A DNA stretch of 56,281 nucleotides from a virus (lineage: Duplodnaviria; Caudoviricetes), in the IMG/VR virus record IMGVR_UViG_3300036804_000195, positions 1 to 56,281 of that record; one strand, given 5' to 3'. The stretch's first letter is position 1. Every line of letters starts with the position of its first letter. Both the position numbers and the translations under genes were made by a program. Positions 1 to 6,810 of this stretch are shown piece after piece. The notes beneath the pieces are model-generated. The model saw only the letters and a program-made list of their open reading frames with translations. It made no database searches and had not been told where the DNA came from.

Positions 1-243
1 GCCGACGCCAAGCCGGCCGCGCCGAGCGGCAGCGGATGCCCGCTGTGCAGCCGACAGCACGCCACGTGCCAGTTCGAGGCCGGCGCCACCGGCTGCGTCA
101 ACGCCGACTGCGCCAACCCCCACCACCACGCCGGCTTAGGAGCAGCGAGTGACCAGCAGCGGCGGCGGCATAACGATCCACCGCAGCCAGCACGCGCAGC
201 AGTACGTCGTGGTGCCCAACGGGATCGCCCGCAACACGCGGCT
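1..243. repeat. Terminal direct repeat, left copy (circular overlap)
   Basis: 1-243 matches 56039-56281 except at 4 positions (128, 130, 131, 144). Confidence 0.95.
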
Positions 244-745
244 GACCTTCCGGGCCCGCGGCCTGCTGGTGATGCTCCTGTCGCTGCCGCCGGAGTGGCA
301 CGTGACCGCTGACATGCTCGCCGAGGACAACCCCGACAGCCGGACCGCGATCCGCGCGGCCATGCTCGAGCTGCGCGAAGCCGGCTACGTCCTCGTCCAC
401 CGGATCCAGGGCGAACGGGGCCGGTGGACAACCCGCCTCGAGGTCTTCGACACCGCCTCCACCGAACGCGCACTGGCCGCGTCCGGTCCGACCAGCGGCG
501 ATGCCACGAATCCGCAGGTCGCACCGAACGCCGGTGGACCGGCGGCCGGTCAGACGGCGTTTATACCTAAGTACAGAGGTAGCGCGCGCACGCGATCGCG
601 GCCGCGCGCCGAACCCGAGCCGCGGCCCGAATGGTGCGGCCGCTGCGACCGGGTCACCCGCCACGTCGACGTCGGCGACGGCGCCGTCGCCCGCTGCCCC
701 GACTGCCACCCCATCGCCGTCGCCGCCCGAAGGCCCGCGCCATGA
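149..745 (+). CDS. Phage replication initiator-like protein (N-terminal HTH, C-terminal Cys cluster)
   Basis: YVVVPN...LTFRARGLLVMLLSLPPEW...AIRAAMLELREAGY is typical of actinophage replisome-organizer HTH proteins. C-terminal CGRC...CPDCHP. GGAG precedes the GTG start. Confidence 0.75.
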   Translation: MTSSGGGITIHRSQHAQQYVVVPNGIARNTRLTFRARGLLVMLLSLPPEWHVTADMLAEDNPDSRTAIRAAMLELREAGYVLVHRIQGERGRWTTRLEVFDTASTERALAASGPTSGDATNPQVAPNAGGPAAGQTAFIPKYRGSARTRSRPRAEPEPRPEWCGRCDRVTRHVDVGDGAVARCPDCHPIAVAARRPAP

Positions 746-978
746 GCCGCCTCAGCCCGGCAGCCGCCGCTGCGAAGGCCGCCCGCGACGTCGCCTACCA
801 CCGCGCCAGCCGCCGCGCCCTGGCGCAGCTCGCCCGCGAATACCCGCTCCGCTACGCCCAGCTTCTTGCCGCCTTCCGGTCGACGGGCACCGACAGCCCT
901 GAGCAGCAAGCCGCCCGCCGCGCCGTGCTCGAGCGCGACGCCACACTGCCCAGCCGAACGAAAGGAACCAGCACATGA
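742..978 (+). CDS. Hypothetical protein
   Basis: ATGA overlaps with both neighbours; GC3-rich codons. Confidence 0.6.
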   Translation: MSRLSPAAAAAKAARDVAYHRASRRALAQLAREYPLRYAQLLAAFRSTGTDSPEQQAARRAVLERDATLPSRTKGTST

Positions 979-1325
979 CCAGCCAGCCGACGTGGTCGCG
1001 CTCGGCGATCCGGGTCGTCATGACCGAATGCACGACCGGCCGGTGCGGGAGCTGCCCGGGCGGCATCTGCCAGCACCACTGCCACGCGACGCCAGCCAAC
1101 CCGATGCACGCGATCCGCGAAGCACTCGAGCTGGCCGAGCAACTGGTCGTCGCCGACGGTGAGAGGCTCGCCGCCGCCGCCCGGCTCGTCCGGGACTGGC
1201 GGACCGAAGCCGAGGTCGCCGAGCGCAATAACGGCACCCGCGGCCACATCACAGCCGAAGCGCTGCGCGGGTGCGCAGCCGAACTCCAGGAAGTTCTCAC
1301 CGAACAGGAAGGCCCAGCACAATGA
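975..1325 (+). CDS. Hypothetical protein with N-terminal Cys/His cluster
   Basis: AAGGAA RBS, coupled start, motif CTTGRCGSCPGGICQHHCH. Confidence 0.65.
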   Translation: MTSQPTWSRSAIRVVMTECTTGRCGSCPGGICQHHCHATPANPMHAIREALELAEQLVVADGERLAAAARLVRDWRTEAEVAERNNGTRGHITAEALRGCAAELQEVLTEQEGPAQ

Positions 1326-1612
1326 CCGTTCGCATGTGGGCGACTTTGCCCAAGGATTTCGAGCGCAACGCGCTGCCGAGCATCGAGAAAGCGCTGCTCG
1401 CCGACCCCGACGCCGAGCACGTGATCATCGCCCGGGTGAACCGGAAGCGGGTCACCACCGACGATGACACGCACGAGACGATCCCGACCGCGCGGATCGT
1501 CCACGTGGAAGTCGCCACCGGGGAGCTGCATGACGCGGCGCTCGAGCTGCTCACCGATCTTTTCAAGGCCAGGACGAACCTGGACACGCTGCCGTTCCCC
1601 GACGATGAGTGA
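1322..1612 (+). CDS. Hypothetical protein
   Basis: Coupled ATGA start (MTVRMWATLPKD...), normal codon bias. Confidence 0.65.
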   Translation: MTVRMWATLPKDFERNALPSIEKALLADPDAEHVIIARVNRKRVTTDDDTHETIPTARIVHVEVATGELHDAALELLTDLFKARTNLDTLPFPDDE

Positions 1613-2309
1613 CACCGCGCTGATCCACGACCCGTGCGGCATGCCGGCCAGCCTGTGCCGGTGCGAGGTCGAGCACGCCGCCGAGGCGGTCCGCGGCTCG
1701 CTGCACGACCTCGCCGCACGGGTCGAGCCGGCCATCGACGGCCTGGGCCGGATCCAGGCGCGGACCGCGCCGCTGACGATCACCGTGCACGGCGACCCGC
1801 AGCCGCAGGGAAACAAGACCGCCTACCTGACCAGCCTGATCAAGGTGAAGCCGGGCCCGCACATCCCGAAGTGCCCCGGCTGCGGCACGTCGCTGCGCGG
1901 CAGCATCTCCATGACCGAAGCCAGGCGGCCGAAGTCCCGCGCCGCATTCAAGGCGTGGCGGAACGCGGTGATCAACGCCGCGGCGCTCGCCAGGACCGGG
2001 CCGGCGATGACCGGGCCGCTCGGCCTGGCCCTCGTCGTCACGGTGGCGCGGCCAGCCGGGCATTACGGCACCGGCCGCAACGCCGGGCTGGTGAAGCCGG
2101 CGTACGCGAACGCGCAGCCGCACGTGCGGCCGGACGGCGGGAAGTACCAGCGGGCCGTCGAGGATGCGCTGACCCTCGCCGGGATCTGGGGCGACGACAG
2201 CCAGGTGGTCGCCTGGACCGGGCGGAAAAAGTACACCGGCCAGCCCGGCGCGCTCGCCGAGCCCGGCGCGCAGATCAGCGTCTGGCACATGCCGTGGGAC
2301 CAGCTATGA
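1605..2309 (+). CDS. rusA: RusA-family Holliday junction resolvase
   Basis: TITVHGDPQPQGNK...AWRNAV...RPDGGKYQRAVEDALTLAGIWGDDSQVV matches actinophage RusA. Confidence 0.85.
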   Translation: MSDTALIHDPCGMPASLCRCEVEHAAEAVRGSLHDLAARVEPAIDGLGRIQARTAPLTITVHGDPQPQGNKTAYLTSLIKVKPGPHIPKCPGCGTSLRGSISMTEARRPKSRAAFKAWRNAVINAAALARTGPAMTGPLGLALVVTVARPAGHYGTGRNAGLVKPAYANAQPHVRPDGGKYQRAVEDALTLAGIWGDDSQVVAWTGRKKYTGQPGALAEPGAQISVWHMPWDQL

Positions 2310-2668
2310 GCGGCCAGCAACCGCCCGCCGACCCGCGGCTGGCCGCGGCGGTCGCGCTGATCGGCCGGACGGGCGCCGACAGTTTCCAGCTCCGGTTTAA
2401 CGACGATGAGGCGCCGGTCGTGTGGATCGCCGTCGCCGAATACAGCAGCCTGGGCCACCACGAAACCGACGCGTCCCTGGACCCGGTGCGCGCGGTGCTG
2501 CGCCTGGCCGAGCGGCTCGTCGACGGCGGCCAGTGCATGCACTGCAGGCGGCCGTCCGGCCTCGACCCGGACTCGGTCGAGACCATGCCGCTCGACACGC
2601 TCGTCTGCTGGTACCAGTACGACCCGGAGCTGCGCACCTTCCGCCGCGGCTGCGAGGGCGACCAGTGA
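2306..2668 (+). CDS. Hypothetical protein with CxxC motif
   Basis: Coupled ATGA start; GGQCMHCRRP. Confidence 0.65.
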   Translation: MSGQQPPADPRLAAAVALIGRTGADSFQLRFNDDEAPVVWIAVAEYSSLGHHETDASLDPVRAVLRLAERLVDGGQCMHCRRPSGLDPDSVETMPLDTLVCWYQYDPELRTFRRGCEGDQ

Positions 2669-2955
2669 GCGGCGGCGAGGACGGCCTGATCTTCGTGCCG
2701 CCGCGGCGGCCGGGCCCGCGGCCGGTGACGTGCACGACCCTTCGGACCAGCGTCCGGATCCTCGGCGACGCGCAGGTCGACATGTTCCGCGCGATGTGCG
2801 CGGCCGCGGGCCGGCGGCCGCACGAGCTGGCGGCCGACATCGTGCTCGAGGCGATACGCGCCGCGCAGGAGGACCCGGATCACCAGGGGATGGTCAAGGC
2901 GATCCGGCTGGCCACGTCCGGGCTGCGGCTCGTCCGCGGCACCGGCCCGAATTAA
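2665..2955 (+). CDS. Hypothetical protein, possibly a small DNA-binding protein
   Basis: GTGA coupling; beta-helix-helix-like segment TSVRI...MFRAMCAAAGRRPHELAADIVLEAI. Confidence 0.5.
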   Translation: MSGGEDGLIFVPPRRPGPRPVTCTTLRTSVRILGDAQVDMFRAMCAAAGRRPHELAADIVLEAIRAAQEDPDHQGMVKAIRLATSGLRLVRGTGPN

Positions 2956-2991
2956 CGAAACAGGAATCCAGCCAACCGGAGGACACGCACG

Positions 2992-3774
2992 ATGGGCAAG
3001 CACAACTCAGCAACCGGAATGTACGTCGACGCCGACCCGGAGTACGGACTGGCGCAGGCATACCGCGAGGATCGCCAGTACCCGGGCGTCGACGAAACGG
3101 TGAGCTTCTCGCAGATCGGCGCCGACGCCGGCGCGGCCGAGCTGACCTTCGACGGCGCGGCCGCCGAGTCCGGTTACTACATCGAGCCGCTGCACGGCCT
3201 GGCCGGCGACATCCACTACGCGCCGTTCCACCCGGAGGCCGCGGTGTGCGGAGCGAGCGGCCCGCGCGGGATCCTCGGGACCCCGTACCCGGACCTGGTC
3301 GACTGCCCGGAATGCTTCGGGCACCTGACCGTCGTCACGCACCACCAGGAGCGGCAGATCCGGATCGCGCTGGTGTACCTGACCGAACACGGGAGCCACC
3401 CGAGCGCGGTCGCCCGCGCCGCGGTGATCCTGCGCGCCGGCCCGGGCGCGCCGCGAGCCGAGATGGGCGCCGGGCTGAAGATGGCCACCGGCCTCGAAGG
3501 CCAGAAAGTCCGCTGCTCGGGCTGCGGCACCAAATACGAGTGCAGGCCGGAGGACCCGCACTTCACCGACCCCGCCGACGACAAGGCCGGGCTGTGCCTG
3601 GCGTGCGTGATGACCGAGACCAGGCCGCCGGGGATGACTGAGGCGATCACGCCGAGCGCGGTCCACCCGCCACAGCGGCGCAAGCGGCCCGTCAAGGCCG
3701 CGGCGATCGACCAGGACCCGGCGCCCGCGGCCGAGCCCGACAACCCGCCAGCGGCCGACGGGGAGCCGCAGTGA
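2992..3774 (+). CDS. Hypothetical protein with Zn-binding Cys motifs
   Basis: GGAGGA RBS; VDCPEC, CSGC, CLAC. Confidence 0.7.
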   Translation: MGKHNSATGMYVDADPEYGLAQAYREDRQYPGVDETVSFSQIGADAGAAELTFDGAAAESGYYIEPLHGLAGDIHYAPFHPEAAVCGASGPRGILGTPYPDLVDCPECFGHLTVVTHHQERQIRIALVYLTEHGSHPSAVARAAVILRAGPGAPRAEMGAGLKMATGLEGQKVRCSGCGTKYECRPEDPHFTDPADDKAGLCLACVMTETRPPGMTEAITPSAVHPPQRRKRPVKAAAIDQDPAPAAEPDNPPAADGEPQ

Positions 3775-4124
3775 ACGCCTCCGACCTCGCGCAGAGCGAG
3801 CACCACGGCGCCGCGCTGGCCGCGCTGCTCATGGGAGCGGCCGTCAACGGCCCGGGCCTCGACGCCAACCCGGCCGAGACCGTGCACGCCATCGCCAACG
3901 TGCTCGGCGACCTGACCAAGGTGATCGCCGAGATACGGCGGCTGCAGGAGCAGCGGCAGGCGATACGCGACCGGCACATGCCGCTGCCCGGCCTGACCGG
4001 ACCGCCGATGTGCACCGAGTGCAGCCTGCACGGCGCCCACGCGCCCTGGCCATGCGGAACCTGGAAGCTAACCGAACAGCCCGTGTCGGCTCGTCCGCCC
4101 GCGGCCGGGACGGACACGCTATGA
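3771..4124 (+). CDS. Hypothetical protein (coiled coil plus CTEC...WPC motif)
   Basis: GTGA coupling; H...CxxC...WPCxT is common in small actinophage proteins. Confidence 0.65.
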   Translation: MNASDLAQSEHHGAALAALLMGAAVNGPGLDANPAETVHAIANVLGDLTKVIAEIRRLQEQRQAIRDRHMPLPGLTGPPMCTECSLHGAHAPWPCGTWKLTEQPVSARPPAAGTDTL

Positions 4125-4528
4125 CCAGCGCGGCTCCCGGCGCGCAGCCCGGCGGCAACCCTTCGTTGTCGCCGGGCAGGCGGGCGTGCGACCAGTGCGG
4201 CGGAGCGCTGCCAGGCAGGCGCCGGCGCTTCTGCAGCGACCTGTGCCGCCGCCGCGGCCACCGGGCCGAGCGGCGCACCGAGAACACCGAGTACCTCGAC
4301 GTGGTCGGACGGATGCTCCGCCACGCCGCCCGCCGCGGCAGCGTCGACCTCGAGGCGTTCGCCGCGCTCGGCGAGCTGGACGCCGAGCTGCACGACCTGA
4401 TGGCCACCGCGGCGCACGCGCTGCACGCCCGCGACTACACGTGGGGAGAGATCGGCCGCGCGTTCGGGGTGACCCGGCAGGGCGCCCGGCAGCGATGGGG
4501 AGGCGACCAGTTCGATGCCGCGCCGTAA
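4121..4528 (+). CDS. Zn-finger plus HTH DNA-binding protein
   Basis: CDQC...FCSDLC; C-terminal YTWGEIGRAFGVTRQGARQRWG HTH. Confidence 0.75.
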   Translation: MTSAAPGAQPGGNPSLSPGRRACDQCGGALPGRRRRFCSDLCRRRGHRAERRTENTEYLDVVGRMLRHAARRGSVDLEAFAALGELDAELHDLMATAAHALHARDYTWGEIGRAFGVTRQGARQRWGGDQFDAAP

Positions 4529-4784
4529 CCACCGGCCGCCCGTCGGCGAGCCGGTACCGCGCCGCCAGCCGACGGCAGAGGACGCCGGGCTGCAGCCCGC
4601 ACAGCTCACCGACCTCGCGCACCGGGTCGCCGCAGCGGCCGTCACGGCGCGCGGGATGGCCGAGTCCGAGCCCGGCGACTCGCGGTGGGCGTACCCGCTG
4701 CACGGCATCGCCGACAGCCTCGACAGCCAGGCCGCGGCGCTGCGGCAGATCGCCCGCGCGATCGGCCGCAGGCACGCGCCCTAA
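4515..4784 (+). CDS. Hypothetical protein
   Basis: GGAGG upstream; 89-aa ORF ending just before a hairpin. Confidence 0.55.
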   Translation: MPRRNHRPPVGEPVPRRQPTAEDAGLQPAQLTDLAHRVAAAAVTARGMAESEPGDSRWAYPLHGIADSLDSQAAALRQIARAIGRRHAP

Positions 4785-4790
4785 AACGTG

Positions 4791-4818
4791 CGGGGCCGCG
4801 CAGACCCGCGCGGCCCCG
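4791..4818 (+). promoter_or_regulatory. Perfect 11-bp hairpin upstream of the RAMP-like gene
   Basis: CGGGGCCGCGC-AGACCC-GCGCGGCCCCG. No U-tract, so it may be a terminator, processing site or stabiliser. Confidence 0.55.
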
Positions 4819-4843
4819 GCCTAACAAGGAAAGGGAATCACCC

Positions 4844-5452
4844 ATGTATCAGATCATGCGGATCGGCATCGAGGGCGTCGGACACGGCCTCCTGATGAAC
4901 AACCCGGCAGGCATGGCCGCACACACCGACGAACTGGTGCGCGCCGGCAAGAAAATACCGGTGCCCTATGACGAGGCCGTCTCCAAGCTGTACATCGTCC
5001 CCGGCGGCAACCAGCTCTACGGTGCGTCCGACTGGTTCCGCGAGGCCGCACTCGTCGGGGCCAAGGCAGTGAGGGATACGAGCCGCAGCGGCCGCGCCAG
5101 CATGGTCCAGAGTTTCGGCGCCAATGTATTCCTGTCCGAGCCGTACTGCCCGCTCGTCCGCGCCAGCACCGGCAAGCCCATCACCAGCGCCGACGACGAG
5201 TGGGAGATATTCCTCAAGCGAGCCGTCGTCCAGGGCAACGGAATCATGCGCTCCCGGCCGCTCGTCCACGACTGGGCCTGCACCGTCGAATTCGAATACG
5301 ACGACGAGGGAATAGCGCCGGCGATGGTCGCGGCAATTCTCCACATCGCCGGCAAGTTCCCAGGAGTCGGCGACTACCGGCCCGGTAAGAAGGGACCGTT
5401 CGGAAGGTTCCGCGTGATGGAGCTGGACGGGGAAGGATGGCAGCCGTCATGA
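4844..5452 (+). CDS. Stand-alone RAMP/Cas7-like RNA-binding protein (Vipr-like)
   Basis: 202 aa with AAGGAAAGGGA RBS. N-terminal strand MRIGIEGVGHGLLMNNP, helix SDWFREAALVGAK, MRSRPLVHDWACTVEFEY, and C-terminal Gly-rich loop GVGDYRPGKKGPFGRFRV typical of RAMPs. Lies next to a GGY-NN array. Confidence 0.75.
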   Translation: MYQIMRIGIEGVGHGLLMNNPAGMAAHTDELVRAGKKIPVPYDEAVSKLYIVPGGNQLYGASDWFREAALVGAKAVRDTSRSGRASMVQSFGANVFLSEPYCPLVRASTGKPITSADDEWEIFLKRAVVQGNGIMRSRPLVHDWACTVEFEYDDEGIAPAMVAAILHIAGKFPGVGDYRPGKKGPFGRFRVMELDGEGWQPS

Positions 5453-6147
5453 GCGAGCTTGTGCCGGTCGCGGAGCTGAATCTGGACATGGGCCTCTATC
5501 CGCGGAACAGCGTCAGCGAGGCGCACGTGACCGAGCTGGCGCGGGTCATGGAAGGTGGCCACGAGCTGCCGGCCATCGTCGCCTGCCGCGCCACGAAGCG
5601 CATCGCCGACGGCGCACACCGCTGGACCGCTGCGGTGCGGCGCGGCAGCGAGACGATCGCAGTCGACTGGCGCGACTACGCCGACGACAAGGCGTTCTTC
5701 CGCGACGCCGTCCTGCTCAACTCCGGGCAGGGCCTGAACTTCACCTCCTACGACCGGCTGAAGGTCATCACGGTCGGCCGCGAGTTCGGGCTGAAGGAAA
5801 TCGACCTGGCCGGGCTGCTGCGCACGTCGCCCAGCTACATCAAGGCACTGATGCCGAGGTATGCCGTGATGACCGAGGACCAGAAACGCGGGAAGGCCGA
5901 GCGAACCAGCAGAGTGCCGCTGAAGGCCTCGACCCGGCACCTGTCCGGGCAGACCATCACGCCGAAGCAGGCCGACGCGATCAGGGGAAACGCTCCCGGC
6001 ACGTCGTACCTGCTGACGGTGCGCCAGCTCGCCAGCGCGCTCGAAAACGATCTGCTGCCGCCGCCGGGCCAGCACCCAGCGCTGTGGCAGGAACTGGAGC
6101 AGCTCGGCGAGATGATCGCAGCCGCCGCAGCGGCGACAGCAGCATAA
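5449..6147 (+). CDS. ParB/Sulfiredoxin-like N-terminal domain protein coupled to the RAMP gene
   Basis: ATGA overlap. VPVAELNLD...YPR...HVTELA...LPAIVA...IADGAHRWTAA (DGxHR motif), followed by a helical region EIDLAGLLRTSPSYI. Confidence 0.75.
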   Translation: MSELVPVAELNLDMGLYPRNSVSEAHVTELARVMEGGHELPAIVACRATKRIADGAHRWTAAVRRGSETIAVDWRDYADDKAFFRDAVLLNSGQGLNFTSYDRLKVITVGREFGLKEIDLAGLLRTSPSYIKALMPRYAVMTEDQKRGKAERTSRVPLKASTRHLSGQTITPKQADAIRGNAPGTSYLLTVRQLASALENDLLPPPGQHPALWQELEQLGEMIAAAAAATAA

Positions 6148-6153
6148 AAAAGT

Positions 6154-6542
6154 GAGGATGTGGCGTCGCGAGGCGAGCCGCGGCATGGCGGGGCAACGCG
6201 CGGCATGGCGGGGCGAGGCGTGGTGAGGATCCGGCGCGGTTTGGCTGGGCCCGGCTTGGCATGGCTAGGTCAGGCGCGGCGAGGTGAGGCGAGGACGCGG
6301 CGGGGTGCGGCGAGGCATGGCATGGCCCGGCATGGCGAGTTGCGGCAAGGCGTGGCGTGGCCAGGCATGGCGAGGATTTGGCGTGGTGAGGTCGCGCTAG
6401 GCGCGGCGAGGCCTGGCGGGGCCAGGCGTGGTGAGGCGTGGTGAGGACGCGGTCAGGTCAGGCGAGGCGTGGTCAGGCCTGGCTGGGCGAGGCCAGGTGA
6501 GGTGAGGCAAGGGCGCGGCCCTGAGAGCCAATCTAAGCGCCC
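6154..6542 (+). ncRNA. GGY-NN pentamer array: five putative guide RNA units plus a 3' hairpin
   Basis: 65 pentamers, 60 with GGC/GGT. GAGGA+3 nt separators at 6154, 6225, 6291, 6372, 6443 (spacings 71, 66, 81, 71, all 5n+1). Terminal stem GGGCGC 6511-6516 / GCGCCC 6537-6542. Confidence 0.8.
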
Positions 6543-6650
6543 GGGATCTGCCCGCGGCCGATAGCCCGGACCGGGCCGAGTTCGCCAGTGTGGCGCACAG
6601 CGACGGCCAGCGCAGGCCACCTGGGCCAAGTTGCCCAGCCAGACGGGCCA

Positions 6651-6666
6651 TGTTTCACGTGAATCC
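6651..6666. promoter_or_regulatory. parS-like site
   Basis: TGTTTCACGTGAATCC versus bacterial parS consensus TGTTTCACGTGAAACA (14/16); intergenic. Confidence 0.6.
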
Positions 6667-6718
6667 ACCGGGCATGACAAAACCGCCCCCGGCAGGCAGC
6701 ACCGGAGGCGGTATAAGC

Positions 6719-6757
6719 GGCAGGGGCCGGCACGAATGCCAGCCCCTGCCTTTCCTT
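6719..6757 (+). terminator. Intrinsic terminator at the convergence of early and late operons
   Basis: GGCAGGGGC-C-GGCA-CGAA-TGCC-A-GCCCCTGCC followed by TTTCCTT. Confidence 0.6.
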
Positions 6758-6810
6758 GGGGTGGAACCGTAGCGCGCGCAATATGCGCGCAATTGAAGTG
6801 CCAGGCCAGC

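Noticed and set aside
1-243. Diversity-generating retroelement TR/VR pair suggested by the imperfect repeat
   Set aside because: I found no reverse transcriptase, the mismatches are not adenine-specific, and the repeat lies exactly at the contig ends.
6160-6444. 94-aa Arg/Gly/Ala-rich ORF (and antisense ORFs) over the pentamer tract
   Set aside because: This is a translation artefact of a 5-nt periodic repeat that is poor in stop codons. The periodicity is 5, not 3, and continues past the ORF end.
6154-6510. Canonical CRISPR array or simple microsatellite
   Set aside because: There are no 25-45 nt identical repeats with spacers, and the NN positions are too diverse and the delimiters too regular for slippage.
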